This document shows, in pieces, positions 41,425 through 52,433 of a DNA stretch of 64,000 bases (its first letter is position 1; the number at the start of each line of letters is the position of its first letter). The position numbers and the translations under genes are program-made. The notes under the pieces are model-generated. The model was not told the DNA's origin. It did no database searches and saw only the letters and a program-made list of their open reading frames with translations. The stretch comes from an uncultured Acidobacteriota bacterium (GTDB taxonomy: Bacteria; Acidobacteriota; UBA6911; RPQK01; JAPXNP01), in assembly GCA_963777605.1 (NCBI GenBank), contig CAVZRV010000028.1, positions 1 through 64,000 on the forward strand, written 5' to 3'.

Positions 41425-42666
41425 TTACGGGCGTTCAAGGCGCCGAACCAGCGCAATCAGAGAGAAGACGACCAACACGATGATGCCCAAGGTGACGTAG
41501 AAGCCGCGTCGGCGGTACTCGAGGTCCCGCATGGCCTGATTGCCTGCGGCAAGACCCTTCTCCGCGACAGCCAAACCGTCTGAGACCACCGCTTTCACTT
41601 TGTCGGCGTTAAAAGAGTGCACCTGCTGGCGGGCGAGGACTAGTTCCTGTCTACCCTGCTGAAGATCAAAAAGCGGCCCGCTCACCTCCATACCCGCCTC
41701 TTGCGCCCGCTGCAATATTTTATGGGCCGATTCCATCTGCAGGTTGAGCCCACCGATCGCCTCTGCAATCTGCTGGGCGGTCTCAGTCCCCTTATCGTCT
41801 TGATGGCACTCGGTGCAGACCGCCTTATCTCCGACCAGCATGAAGTCTCCAGTGGCCAGTACGGCGTGATTGCCGTGGCACTGAATGCAGGCATGGAGCC
41901 CCATTGCCGGAAAAACCTGGTGGGGACTATCCTGAAACAACGACTTTTCCTGCTTATGGCACATTCCACAGACGTTCTCCAAGGAATCCACACCGGGGGG
42001 AACCGCTCCGTGGGCCCCGTGGCAACTGTTACAGGTGGGAGCGCTCAGATCACCATCTTGCAGGAGTGCCTGAGCATGCATGCTCTTCTTGTATTCGCTC
42101 ACCTGGTCGGTGGGAATGTCGTACGGCTTCATATACTCCGGGTCGGAATGACAGCGGCCACAGGTGTCCGCCACGTTCGTCGGGTAAACGGGAGCAGTTG
42201 AGTTGGTGACCTCGAGAATGTCGTGAACCGAATGACAACTGATGCAAACCGCAACCTTCTGATCCCCCTTCTTCAATAAGATTCCGTGGCGACTGGTTCG
42301 GTAGGCTGACAGTTGGTCGGTCCGCAATTGGGGATTGTACTTCTTCATGAAGTCTGGAGACGCGTGGCACGAGCCGCAAAACTCAGGAATCGTCTCTCGG
42401 GCTGGGGCACCAACGAACCCCTTGCTTGGACTCATCGCCTGCTCCGGTTCCAAGGCTGTGGGATCCCCACCATGACAGGACCCACAAGTAAGCCCAGCCT
42501 GATTGTGAATATCCGTCGGAAAGAGGTCGGCCGGCCTTTTCAGGTCCCCTTCCAACGCCTGATGGCACTGGAGGCAAGAATCGTCTGGGGCACCGGACCC
42601 TTGCCGTGCAAAGCCCAGGGCCCAAGGCACCCAAATCGCCAAGACCACAACATATCGAATATTCAT
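41425..42666 (-). CDS. Membrane-anchored multiheme cytochrome c (nine CxxCH)
   Basis: CLQCH, CGSCH x2, CISCH, CGRCH, CNSCH, CGMCH, CIQCH, CTECH; signal peptide; C-terminal TM. Confidence 0.92.
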   Translation of the reverse strand: MNIRYVVVLAIWVPWALGFARQGSGAPDDSCLQCHQALEGDLKRPADLFPTDIHNQAGLTCGSCHGGDPTALEPEQAMSPSKGFVGAPARETIPEFCGSCHASPDFMKKYNPQLRTDQLSAYRTSRHGILLKKGDQKVAVCISCHSVHDILEVTNSTAPVYPTNVADTCGRCHSDPEYMKPYDIPTDQVSEYKKSMHAQALLQDGDLSAPTCNSCHGAHGAVPPGVDSLENVCGMCHKQEKSLFQDSPHQVFPAMGLHACIQCHGNHAVLATGDFMLVGDKAVCTECHQDDKGTETAQQIAEAIGGLNLQMESAHKILQRAQEAGMEVSGPLFDLQQGRQELVLARQQVHSFNADKVKAVVSDGLAVAEKGLAAGNQAMRDLEYRRRGFYVTLGIIVLVVFSLIALVRRLERP

Positions 42667-42670
42667 CGGT

Positions 42671-43732
42671 TCAAGTCCAGAGCGCAAAAAGGGTCATCGT
42701 GACGATGTAGAAAACGAGCACTCCACCAATCAGGCTCAGGATCCAGCGAAGTCTCCTCCTCACAAAGAACTTGTCAACGAAGGGAACCAGAATCCAAACG
42801 ATCCCACCCAGCCCAATTGCCGTGACCGCCAGTTTCTCTCCTTCGACCCCAAAAACGTGACCCGGCACGAACTTGAGTGTCTGGAACAAGAACAGGAAAT
42901 ACCACTCGGGCTGGATGTCGGAAGGGGTCGAACCGAAGGGCTGAGCTTTCTCTCCGAGACCCCATGGGAAAAACACAGCCAGAAAGATCAAGAGACCCAT
43001 CAGGCCGTACCATGAAATCAGGTCCCGCAAAAAGACGTTTGGGAAGAACGGCAACGACTTCAGTTGGCGTTTCTCCAGCGAAGGGGGGACACTCATCCCC
43101 TGTTTTTGGATCAAACTCAGGTGAAACATCACTAAAACTGTTGTGAGCGCGGGAAGCACAGCAACATGAAATCCAAAAAAGCGGGTTAAAGTGCCGCTGG
43201 TTACGTCGTCACCGCCCCGAAGAAAGACTACAAGTGCGCCTCCAATGACAGGGAGCGAACCGGCAATTTCCGTCCCAACCCGGGTGGCGAAGAAAGCCAA
43301 CTGGTTCCAGGGCAGCAGGTAGCCGCTGAAACCGAAGCCGAGCAGGAGAAAGAAGAGCATCATACCGCTCAACCAAGTCAATTCTCGGGGTTCCCGATAG
43401 GCCTTCATGAAGTACGTCGTGAACATGTGCAGGAAGGCGACTCCGATCAACAGGTTTGCGGACCAACTATGGATGGAACGGATCAGCCAGCCAAACGTGA
43501 CCTGCGTCATGATGAATCGGACGCTCTCAAAAGCCTCGCCGGCGCTCGGCCGGTAATAGAGTAGGAGCAGAATTCCCGTCACCAGTTGGACGAACAAAAG
43601 GAAAAGAGCCATTCCTCCGAGAAAGTAGGCCCAAGAGAATTGGTGGAGGGGGACCTCCTTTTTCAGAGCGAGATCAGTGAAGTAACCCAGATCGAGGCGC
43701 CTGTCCAGCCACTTCCAAATCTGCCTTAACAT
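42671..43732 (-). CDS. Cytochrome b subunit of a Rieske/cytochrome b complex
   Basis: RSIHSW, FLHM, SGYLLPW, FFGFHV, FHL, QPEWYF. Confidence 0.95.
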   Translation of the reverse strand: MLRQIWKWLDRRLDLGYFTDLALKKEVPLHQFSWAYFLGGMALFLLFVQLVTGILLLLYYRPSAGEAFESVRFIMTQVTFGWLIRSIHSWSANLLIGVAFLHMFTTYFMKAYREPRELTWLSGMMLFFLLLGFGFSGYLLPWNQLAFFATRVGTEIAGSLPVIGGALVVFLRGGDDVTSGTLTRFFGFHVAVLPALTTVLVMFHLSLIQKQGMSVPPSLEKRQLKSLPFFPNVFLRDLISWYGLMGLLIFLAVFFPWGLGEKAQPFGSTPSDIQPEWYFLFLFQTLKFVPGHVFGVEGEKLAVTAIGLGGIVWILVPFVDKFFVRRRLRWILSLIGGVLVFYIVTMTLFALWT

Positions 43733-43740
43733 GGACGAGT

Positions 43741-44226
43741 CTACCCTCTCAGCACGGTAATCTCATTGTCTCTGACCTCGGCCCGATACTTCGTCAGGGG
43801 ACGCGGAGGGGGCCCGCCGGTAGGTACCCCTTCAAGGTTATAGACACCCCCGTGGCATGGGCAGTAAATATCGTGCCGGTCCGGACGGTAATGCACCGTA
43901 CATTGAAGGTGCGTACAAACAGCGGAAAAAGCCTCAAACTTGCCGGCAGGCGTCCGGATAAGGATTGCCGGCTCGGATCCGAATTTGAAGACCCGCCCGG
44001 AGTTGGCCGGCAACTGGTCGACAGTTGTGACGGTAACCTGGTCCGACTGGGACTCCGGCTGTTTCGGCGGGATCAAGTACCGGATTGCCGGGTAAAGAAT
44101 ACTTACAAGTGAAGCTCCGATGGACGTTGCCAGGAGATACTTCAACAAACTCCTGCGCTCACGACCCGATGTGTGGAAATCGACTCCGCTTTTCTCCTCG
44201 TTCTCTCCAGGATGATTGCTCAACAT
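43741..44226 (-). CDS. Rieske 2Fe-2S subunit
   Basis: RRSLL Tat motif; CTHLQC; CPCHGG; GPPPRPL. Confidence 0.95.
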   Translation of the reverse strand: MLSNHPGENEEKSGVDFHTSGRERRSLLKYLLATSIGASLVSILYPAIRYLIPPKQPESQSDQVTVTTVDQLPANSGRVFKFGSEPAILIRTPAGKFEAFSAVCTHLQCTVHYRPDRHDIYCPCHGGVYNLEGVPTGGPPPRPLTKYRAEVRDNEITVLRG

Positions 44227-44454
44227 GTCTACCCTCTACTGCAGAATATTCCCCAAAAAGTAAACTTTCAAATAATTGGAAAAGGCGAACTGAATCGACT
44301 CTCACACCCCTCTTCAGGGGAACCTCAGGTCGCGACTGTGTTGTCAACAACGCGGCGGACGAGGTCTGATTCAACTGTTCGATTGCCTCATCCCGCGAAT
44401 TATCCGGCACCGTCGCCGATTTTTGGTAGCGCGTCTCTCCGGACCGGTAATTAC

Positions 44455-44560
44455 AATCTGTCCCCCACCTCTCTCCCCGGGCTCCTCCGGGTGCGGAAGA
44501 ACAGCCTGTCCCTTGCTCTGTCTTGCCCTGTGGCACTTTCTCTGCAATTCAGACTGTCCC
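44455..44560 (-). repeat. Three GGGACAG-type motif copies
   Basis: aatctgtccccc (44455), agcctgtccc (44503), agactgtccc (44551). Confidence 0.7.
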
Positions 44561-44726
44561 TTGTCTTGAGTCCATCCTCTTGCGCAATTGTGCGTGATGA
44601 GGTCGGCGTCTCCGGGTTTTTGAATTACCGCCAAGAAGAGTCAAGGGGCGAGGCAGTCGCGCTGATTGGAGGTGGCGCCAACGCAGCAGGACGGCATCTC
44701 AACCGGCTGGGATCTGGCTGCAGCAC

Positions 44727-45785
44727 CTAAAGGCCAAGATAGCGATTTCGGCCGAGAACCAGAGCTTCCAGTTTCCGATCGGCCACTGTTCTCCTCAGCA
44801 TCCAAAGACCACAGTCGGGATGGACCCACGAAATGCGTCCTTCACCCAACGTCCGTTCCGCCAACTCGATGGATCGTGCCACTTGATCTGCGGTTTCGAC
44901 CTGGTTGATCTTGACGTCCACGACACCTATTCCAAGCTGAATATGTTCGTCGACACTCTTTAGCGCCTCCAGATCCTCCAAGGGCCGGTGAGCGAGTTCC
45001 AGAATCAAGTGGTCTGCATGCAGTGAGTTCAGGAAGCCGAGCAGAAGCTTCCACTCACCCTTTTGGACCGTCTGACCGCCGTAGTTGCCGAAACACAGGT
45101 GCACGGCCCGTTTCACTTCAACCCGGTCAAGCACGATATTGATAGCCTGTGCCGCCAAATCCGCATCTGCCGGGTTACCCGTGATGTTGGCTTCATCCAC
45201 CTGAACACAGGCACAGGCCAGCCCCGCAACCTGGTCTGCCAGCACTTCTGCCAAGGCAAGCGTAAGAGCCTCGAAATCGTTGTAGTGATGGTCCAGCAGC
45301 GTTCGGGACAGCATATACGGGCTCGTCACCGTAAATTTAAAAGGACCGCCTGCAACCAAGGCGGCTGTCGAGCAGTCCGCGTACAGGTTGAGCGAACCCT
45401 CTCCCAGTTCGGAACTGACCACGCCAGCAGGCTTAGTGCGGAAACCCATCGCAGCTATTCGGGAAAATGCTTTCCAGTCGGAACGGCCAATCCGAGTCCG
45501 AACTCCGGACATTGAGCCCACAAAGTAGTCGATCATCCCATTGGTGTCGGGATGGTTGACGTCAAAGCGGTAGAGTTCCCCGTCGGTCGGCAGGTCGATG
45601 CCCGCCTGACGCTGGATATCAAAAACGACTCGCATGGCGTCGCGCCGTGACTGATCACTTGGCAGCACCGCCAGCCAGTCCGGCACAGGATAGGATCCCA
45701 CAGTAGTTGTCAGAATTCGTGGGGAAGAAGGAAGTTCCTGCAAATTCACCGTCCGCGCACCCCCTTGTGGCGAGGATTCTATCAT
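44727..45785 (-). CDS. Cobalamin-independent methionine synthase II family protein
   Basis: TTVGSYP, TDGE, QVDE, HLCFGN zinc motif, PDCGL. Confidence 0.9.
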   Translation of the reverse strand: MIESSPQGGARTVNLQELPSSPRILTTTVGSYPVPDWLAVLPSDQSRRDAMRVVFDIQRQAGIDLPTDGELYRFDVNHPDTNGMIDYFVGSMSGVRTRIGRSDWKAFSRIAAMGFRTKPAGVVSSELGEGSLNLYADCSTAALVAGGPFKFTVTSPYMLSRTLLDHHYNDFEALTLALAEVLADQVAGLACACVQVDEANITGNPADADLAAQAINIVLDRVEVKRAVHLCFGNYGGQTVQKGEWKLLLGFLNSLHADHLILELAHRPLEDLEALKSVDEHIQLGIGVVDVKINQVETADQVARSIELAERTLGEGRISWVHPDCGLWMLRRTVADRKLEALVLGRNRYLGL

Positions 45786-45863
45786 CAGACCTTGACTCCG
45801 TCGGCGGGTCCGTTTAGCGTGCTGGCGGGCAGGAGTTTGACAGAAAATGACTTGGAGGGTCCA

Positions 45864-46916
45864 ATGCGGAACCTGTTCATCAATGTCGGTTGGTTCTCAC
45901 TTGTTCTGTACTCATCCGGAATCATGGCGTTCTCCCAGGCGGAGGGAACACTCAGGAAGATTCCGAGAGTCGATGCTCACTGCCACATTTCGGGGCCCGA
46001 ATTGATGGAGGCCTATCTCGCCGTCAGCGACAAGCTCAAGGAGGACCACGGTGGGAAACTGGAGGTCTTTATCAACCTGGACGACTACGAGTCGAAAACA
46101 GGAAGGCTTCAGCCCGGACTGAAGGGAACGGAGTATCTGGACGAAATCGAACACCAATTCGGGGGACGATTTCTCCTGACCCTCAGCGACTATCGGATTT
46201 CGGACGGCCTTCGCTACTCACCCGAGGAACTTGCCGAATGGCAGAACCGAGGGGTCGTCGGCTACAAGATCTGGGTCGGGGTCTCGGCTCTGATTGACGA
46301 CCCCGCTAACGATCCCACCTTCACCAAGATGGAACAACTGGGGATGGTGGGAGCAGGGGTTCACATCGCACAGCCATACCCGACTCGATGGTGTGAGGAC
46401 CCGGTCAAGTTCTGGGAAGCACAGCGCGCCTGGGAACGCGTTCTGGACCGTCATCCCCGGCTTCGCGTCGTTCAGGCTCATATGCTCGACCATTTCAATT
46501 CAGACGAACAACTCGATTACTTGAACTATGTCCTCGAGACCTACCCCAACGTCAACCTCGACCTGGCTGCCCGCTTTCAGCAATTCCATCGGATGGACCG
46601 GGAGAAACTCCGAGCGTTCATGATCCACTATGCCGATCGGATCCTCTTCGGCACCGATATCTCGAAACAGCCGGGCGCCAACGTGGAAGACACCGTCGAA
46701 CGATACCGGCGATGTTTTCAACTTCTCGAAACCGACGAGACCATTATGGGTGGATTTTTCGGCGAAACACCTACCGTCGGACTGGCGCTGCCGGAGGATG
46801 TCCTGGAGAAGATCTACTACAGGAACGCCGTCCGCATCTATCCACGCGTTGGGACGGTTCTGAACAAACTGGGTTACGACGTCGAGGTCGGAACGGAACC
46901 GCATGCGCAACACTAG
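45864..46916 (+). CDS. Secreted amidohydrolase_2 family protein
   Basis: RBS ggaggg; DAHCH; GYK; AHM; DRILFGTD; GLALP..VLEKIY..NA. Confidence 0.88.
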   Translation: MRNLFINVGWFSLVLYSSGIMAFSQAEGTLRKIPRVDAHCHISGPELMEAYLAVSDKLKEDHGGKLEVFINLDDYESKTGRLQPGLKGTEYLDEIEHQFGGRFLLTLSDYRISDGLRYSPEELAEWQNRGVVGYKIWVGVSALIDDPANDPTFTKMEQLGMVGAGVHIAQPYPTRWCEDPVKFWEAQRAWERVLDRHPRLRVVQAHMLDHFNSDEQLDYLNYVLETYPNVNLDLAARFQQFHRMDREKLRAFMIHYADRILFGTDISKQPGANVEDTVERYRRCFQLLETDETIMGGFFGETPTVGLALPEDVLEKIYYRNAVRIYPRVGTVLNKLGYDVEVGTEPHAQH

Positions 46917-48973
46917 TTGGCGCTCCATTCTCCTTTGACGTATCGCCCATACCACGCCAGGTAGCGCTCCAGCCGATCCTTCAGAAATGAGGGAACGCTG
47001 AGGCCATGGTGCTCTCCGGGATATACGACCAGTTCGGTTGTTCTGCCCAGCCGTTTCAAGGCTTCGTAGAGTTGCTCGGAGTTCTGAACCGGGACATTCC
47101 AGTCTTCCTCGCCGCACATGATGAGCGTCGGTGTGACGATCTTCTGAACATGATTAAAGGGCGAAAGCCGCTCCCAAAGCTCACGATTCTCCCAGGGAAG
47201 GCCCAACTCCTTCTCCCACTCGTGCTGGTAGTGGTCGTGTCCGTAGTTGGCCACGTAGAGCACCTCGCTGGCGCCTGAGATCGCCCCCTTGAAACGGTCA
47301 GACTGGGTTATGACATAGTCAGTGAGGATGCCTCCGTAAGACCATCCTCCGACTCCGAGACGTTCCGGGTCCGAGTACCCTTTCTGGATGGCGTAGTCGA
47401 TGCCGGCCATAACATCTTCAAAATCCTTGTGCCCCCAATCCTGGTAGATCCCCATCGAGAACTTCTGCCCATATCCGGAAGAACCGCGAGGATTGACCAG
47501 CACCACGACGTACTCGTTAGCGGCGAAAAGCTGCGCTTCAAAATCGAAACTGAAGTCAAACTGTGACACCGGACCGCCGTGAATACGCAAGAGCGTCGGA
47601 TAGGTCAAGTGCTCGTTGTAATCGGGTGGCAGGTAGATAAACCCTTCAATTTCGGCACCATCTTTGCTCGGGAAATGGACGTTCTCCAACCGGGCAAGCT
47701 TCAACTGGACGAGCACTTTGTCGTTGGCGTGACTGAGCTGCGAGAGACTTCCGGAGGAGAGTGAAAATACTTCGGCAGGAATCTTCGGTTCGCTGTTGAG
47801 GAGCACGATTTGGTCGTCCCCTGCGGAGTGAAATCCCAACACGACCCGGGACCCTGAAGTCAAACGTTCGATCTCGCTGGTCGCAACTGACAACTGAGCC
47901 AACTGACTTTCGCCGCTGTCTTCGACGAGAAACCGAATCGAAGAACCGTCTAAAGAGAAGTGTGGGTTGGATACATTCCGATCAAGCGAAGGGGCCAGCA
48001 CCTGCGCCGAGCCGCCTTGAGAAGGAACTACCGCCAAACGGTTCGTGGCATACCAGATCAAGTCTGGCTGGGTGTCCGTCACGTAACAGATTCGTTTTCC
48101 GTCGGGGCTCCAGGCCGGGCTCGTATCTGAGCCTGGATTGTCCGTGAGCCGAAGCATCGTCTGCCCCTTGTCGGAGTTGTCCGCCGATACGATCCAGATA
48201 TCTGAGTTGGAATTGCTGTCAGGATCCTTCGTTCGATTGCTCACAAAGGCAACGAGCTTGCCGTCCGGACTCCAGGTTGCTTCGGTGTCGTCGTAGTCGC
48301 CGGATGTAATCTGGGTCAGTTCGTGGGATGCGAGATCAAATACGTACAGATGGGTGCGGCGACGGTCAAGGTAACCTATGTAGTCGCGCTTGAACTGAAG
48401 CCGATCGATGACCCACGGGCGCGGTCGCCTTTCCCCGTTCTTCTTGGCATCGCCGCTGTCATCCGGTTCCCCATCCTGGATCGTCAGGAGAATGCGCGCG
48501 CTGTCGGGAGACCAGGCATAGGTTTCGATCCCGTGTTTGACCTCCGTAAGTTGCTGAGCGTCGCCGCCTCTACGGTCGAAAGTCCAAACCTGGGACTTGC
48601 CATCGTTTCGTTCAGCCTTGAACGACAGGTATTTCCCGTCGGGGCTCCACCTCGGTTCACTCGCTGAGTACCCATTTGCCGTCATCCGGATCTCATCCCC
48701 ACCCGCCGCCGGCACCATCGAAATGGCCGTTTCCGTTTTGTTCTCCTTCAGATCCATGGTGGCAACCGTGTACGCAACCCAGTCACCGTCCGGACTCACC
48801 CGTGGATCGCCAACGTCCTTCAGTTCAAAAAGGTCGTCAATTTGTAGATTTCGCGACGTTTCGGCTCGCTCGGCATGAAGCGGAGAATTTAGGAAACCGA
48901 AGATCGCCGAGATCATCAGCATTCCAAGGCACGGATAACGGAGCGGAATACAGGGAGGATAATCACTCTTCAT
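46913..48973 (-). CDS. S9 family peptidase
   Basis: WSPDG propeller repeats; IHGGP; GWSYGG; D in GEEDWNV; H in GEHH. Confidence 0.95.
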   Translation of the reverse strand: MKSDYPPCIPLRYPCLGMLMISAIFGFLNSPLHAERAETSRNLQIDDLFELKDVGDPRVSPDGDWVAYTVATMDLKENKTETAISMVPAAGGDEIRMTANGYSASEPRWSPDGKYLSFKAERNDGKSQVWTFDRRGGDAQQLTEVKHGIETYAWSPDSARILLTIQDGEPDDSGDAKKNGERRPRPWVIDRLQFKRDYIGYLDRRRTHLYVFDLASHELTQITSGDYDDTEATWSPDGKLVAFVSNRTKDPDSNSNSDIWIVSADNSDKGQTMLRLTDNPGSDTSPAWSPDGKRICYVTDTQPDLIWYATNRLAVVPSQGGSAQVLAPSLDRNVSNPHFSLDGSSIRFLVEDSGESQLAQLSVATSEIERLTSGSRVVLGFHSAGDDQIVLLNSEPKIPAEVFSLSSGSLSQLSHANDKVLVQLKLARLENVHFPSKDGAEIEGFIYLPPDYNEHLTYPTLLRIHGGPVSQFDFSFDFEAQLFAANEYVVVLVNPRGSSGYGQKFSMGIYQDWGHKDFEDVMAGIDYAIQKGYSDPERLGVGGWSYGGILTDYVITQSDRFKGAISGASEVLYVANYGHDHYQHEWEKELGLPWENRELWERLSPFNHVQKIVTPTLIMCGEEDWNVPVQNSEQLYEALKRLGRTTELVVYPGEHHGLSVPSFLKDRLERYLAWYGRYVKGEWSAN

Positions 48974-49037
48974 CGTCTACTCCTGATTTGGCGCGCGGAC
49001 CTTCTATGTCCTGATCCGCTTTCCTTTGCCGCGGCGT

Positions 49038-49478
49038 TCACCTCGACGGAGCAGGGAGCATGTTCCGAATTCCGCTCAACCGCCAACCGTCCGGCGTTCG
49101 CTCAGCAATAAAGGTACTCCACATCTTTCGCTCCGGAACACCAGTCTGTCCCTTAATCACATAGCGTGCGTCCGCGACTGCGACAGTCGAACTGATGATG
49201 CGTACCCGTTCAACACTGATCGAACGTTCACCGGGACTTTGTTCGGAGCTTCGCAACATGCCGGCGACAAGCTGCTCGCGCCCGTACCGCCAATCGCCAG
49301 AGGAAACCAACTGGTCGGCATCCTCGGTGAACAGGCTGCGCAAAGCTTCTGTATTTCGTGCCTCACGTGCCTGCACGTATTTCGCAACCAGATCACGAAT
49401 CGCGGACTCATCGCTGGAACCAGCCATCAGCACGCCACATCCAAACAAGAGCAAAACAGAAACCACCGTGGCTTTCAT
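49038..49478 (-). CDS. SgcJ/EcaC-like (DUF4440, NTF2-like) protein
   Basis: Signal peptide; LFTEDAD; AVADARY; GWRL. Confidence 0.8.
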   Translation of the reverse strand: MKATVVSVLLLFGCGVLMAGSSDESAIRDLVAKYVQAREARNTEALRSLFTEDADQLVSSGDWRYGREQLVAGMLRSSEQSPGERSISVERVRIISSTVAVADARYVIKGQTGVPERKMWSTFIAERTPDGWRLSGIRNMLPAPSR

Positions 49479-49563
49479 CGCCTTCCTTCTCCGACCTTGT
49501 TTGCGTCCGGGAACTTCCTTCGACTCGACAAGTCGCTTTCTCGACGCAGACCTAATCAGACAG

Positions 49564-52149
49564 TCAGTCTTCGTCCTCGTCTTCGGAACGAGCCATAACA
49601 AACCCCGCCCGCACAGGAGCCGGCATCGGCTGATCTGCGCCACGTACGGCTCGCCAGATGACCTCGTTGAAAAGCAGGTCATCAGCAGCGTCTTCCTTTG
49701 CAAAGTTGAATTCCAGCTCCTGTCCCCAGGCGGCCGCACTATTTGTCTCAGTCCGGTCAACCTCGACGGGCGCGGCTTTAAAGGGGCGCAGATCCGGTTT
49801 CTCCTGGAAGGCCCCGTACATCGGCGCCGCGGCAGCATCGAATTGGGTCATTGGCGGCAAGCCAAGAACCAGTTCCATGGTGCGCAGCATGCTGGTCGTC
49901 GAATAGAGAGTGGAATCGACGACTCCCCTTTGAGCGTAGGGACTGACCACAAATGCGACAGTACGGTGCGCATCGACGTGATCAGGCCCATTCTGGGCGT
50001 CGTCTTCTACAACAAAGATAGCCGTTCGGTCCCAAAACTTCGACTGCGAGACCGCCTCGACAACCATTCCCAGGGCAAGGTCGTTGTCGGCCACATACGC
50101 CGTGGGAGTCAACGTTCCGGCGGTCACCCCGTGAGTATGATCATTGGGCAGACGAACGATTTGCAGACGGGGCATGTCACCCTCATCCTCGAAACGCTTC
50201 AACTCAGTGATGAAGCGTTCGGCCCGCTTGATATCAGGGTAGTTGAGATCAAAGCTGCGGAACCAGGGGTCGAAGTGTCCTTGAAGCGCCTCCAACTTCG
50301 AAGTAGCGGGAGCTTCGGGAGTCGGCCCATTCTGCACAAACTCCCCGTAGCTACGATAACTTACACCGGCTGCGCGGGCGAGGTCCCACAAGTAACCGCT
50401 CGATGGAAGCGCAATGTCGAACTTCCCTTCACTAGGATATGGGAACTTGCCCGAACGGTTGTGCCCATAGCTCATCGGCCACGCTCTCTCGACAAAGTCA
50501 GTGGCATAGGCTGCCATCGACCATTCGTGCCCGTCGGCACTGACCTCACTCTCGACATAGAAATTGTCGAGCAGCACGAAATCGCGCGCCAGTTTGTGGT
50601 GGTTGGGCGTGACTCTTTCCGGGAACAGACACAGAGATGGGTCGCCGTTGCCTTCCGGCATGTCGCCCAACACCTGATCGTACGTCCGATTCTCCTTCAG
50701 GATGTATATGCAGTAGCGGATCGGGCTGGGTTCGCCCGGACTCCCGGGGATGGGATTGCCGGCTGGCCGGGCGACACTGACTGATGAATCCGGACGAAGT
50801 GGCGTCGAGGCGAGCACGTCGCCTGTCCAACCTGTCAACTCCTGCTGCAGGGTTTTCTCTGGTGGAAGATCGATGATACTCAGCGTTCCCGAAAACAGTC
50901 GCCCGATATACTCGTCGTTCGAGCTGTTGGGAGCCGGCTGTGGCCCGCCCGGGTTGGCCTTGGGTTCCAACCCCTTGCCGTTGGCAATAAGCAACTTCTT
51001 GCCGTCGGGAGTCACACGAACCGATGTCGGATACCAGCCGGTTGGGATGAAACCGAGACTCCGGCTCTTCCCGGGTTGTTCAACATTGAAAACGGCAACT
51101 GCATTGATGTTCGCATTGGCAACAAAGAGCAGGTCCTCGTCGACAGAAAGGGACAGGCTGTTTGGCGTAGCACCTCGAGGAGCATTGGGAAATAGGGTCG
51201 CCCAAAGCGTCTCGACGACACGCCCATCTTTAGTGTCGAAGACGGTAACCGTATTGTCGTTTCCATTGGAGACGAAAAGGTACCTGCCATCCTTGCGAAG
51301 AGCCAATTCGCTCGGATGCTGGCCGGCCGCCCAGTGGCCGAGTACTGTTCCTGTATCGGAGTTGACAACAGCGACTGCACCTTGATTCCAAAGGCTCACG
51401 TAAAGTCGATGGCTACCGGCGTCATAGACACAGTCGTAGGGATACTGGGCATCCGGGTCATTTGGATATAGAGAGGCCTCGGCCCGCTTTTCGGCCGCTG
51501 CGGTATCGAAGTCACTTGACGGAGACACCGGTGCACGACTGGACGCCCCGGCATCAGGCCTTAGAGGAAACACCTCGATCTCTCCGGAAGCCAAATGCAC
51601 TCTTGTGACCAGGCTGTTCAGCAAATTCGCGACGAAAAGAGTCTGTCCCTTTGAGTCAAGAGCCAGTCCAGAAGGCACCCCCTTAAAGGACGGGTCGCGA
51701 AGCGCGATTTTCCTGGCCTCGGTCAGCTTTCCATCGCTGAACCCGAACTCGTAAACGACTTCCTCCCCCGCCCCGCTGGAGTAAAGTCGCCGCCCGTCGG
51801 GAGAGAACTCCAAGCCGTAAAAGGCTTCGCTAACCGGAGTGCGCGCTACAACCAGCGCGGAACTCAAGTCCACCACGACAATCTCGTGCTGTCCATAACC
51901 ACAGTGCAGAATCGCCGCAAAGCGACTGTCTGGATGCACCGCAATGTTAACCGGGAAATCTCCAAGTTGAACGCTATTCCCCACCGGTCTGAGCGACCAC
52001 TGGTTCGGCAACAATACCGACCCGTTCGGTTGAAGCCCAGGCCATAGAACTCTTCTTTGCGCGCTGCATGGCACAAGCGCCAATGAAAGACAGGCCACGA
52101 CAGGCAACAGTTGAGTCAAGATCCTCGACAAATACTGATTTGATCGCAT
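49564..52149 (-). CDS. YncE beta-propeller/alkaline phosphatase-like phosphoesterase
   Basis: LPNQW; IPTGWYP; YILKENRTYDQVLGD; SADGH; LPNDHT; EDDAQNGPDHVDAHR. Confidence 0.93.
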   Translation of the reverse strand: MRSNQYLSRILTQLLPVVACLSLALVPCSAQRRVLWPGLQPNGSVLLPNQWSLRPVGNSVQLGDFPVNIAVHPDSRFAAILHCGYGQHEIVVVDLSSALVVARTPVSEAFYGLEFSPDGRRLYSSGAGEEVVYEFGFSDGKLTEARKIALRDPSFKGVPSGLALDSKGQTLFVANLLNSLVTRVHLASGEIEVFPLRPDAGASSRAPVSPSSDFDTAAAEKRAEASLYPNDPDAQYPYDCVYDAGSHRLYVSLWNQGAVAVVNSDTGTVLGHWAAGQHPSELALRKDGRYLFVSNGNDNTVTVFDTKDGRVVETLWATLFPNAPRGATPNSLSLSVDEDLLFVANANINAVAVFNVEQPGKSRSLGFIPTGWYPTSVRVTPDGKKLLIANGKGLEPKANPGGPQPAPNSSNDEYIGRLFSGTLSIIDLPPEKTLQQELTGWTGDVLASTPLRPDSSVSVARPAGNPIPGSPGEPSPIRYCIYILKENRTYDQVLGDMPEGNGDPSLCLFPERVTPNHHKLARDFVLLDNFYVESEVSADGHEWSMAAYATDFVERAWPMSYGHNRSGKFPYPSEGKFDIALPSSGYLWDLARAAGVSYRSYGEFVQNGPTPEAPATSKLEALQGHFDPWFRSFDLNYPDIKRAERFITELKRFEDEGDMPRLQIVRLPNDHTHGVTAGTLTPTAYVADNDLALGMVVEAVSQSKFWDRTAIFVVEDDAQNGPDHVDAHRTVAFVVSPYAQRGVVDSTLYSTTSMLRTMELVLGLPPMTQFDAAAAPMYGAFQEKPDLRPFKAAPVEVDRTETNSAAAWGQELEFNFAKEDAADDLLFNEVIWRAVRGADQPMPAPVRAGFVMARSEDEDED

Positions 52150-52433
52150 GAGTTCACCAACATTTCACAGGTCCAGCAAGGTTCAAAGTCGGCCAACAAC
52201 TATTCATGGAATCATTGCAGCCAACTCCCGCAGACAAGTCACCGCAGGGGACAGGCTGATCTTGAATGATCTTGAAGATGCTGAGACCATCGCGAATATA
52301 GGGAAGTTCGACCCTCAGATTCCAAGGCCTGTCCAATTCAAATCAACTCGGTTCCCATATCACAAAGTGCGGCAATGAACGCCCCAGCCGGATTCTAAAC
52401 CCGCTGGCAATTCTTCCATAGAAAGAAGTATAG

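Noticed and set aside
49195-50784. 529-aa plus-strand ORF
   Set aside because: Antisense shadow of the phosphoesterase and DUF4440 genes; no recognisable motifs.
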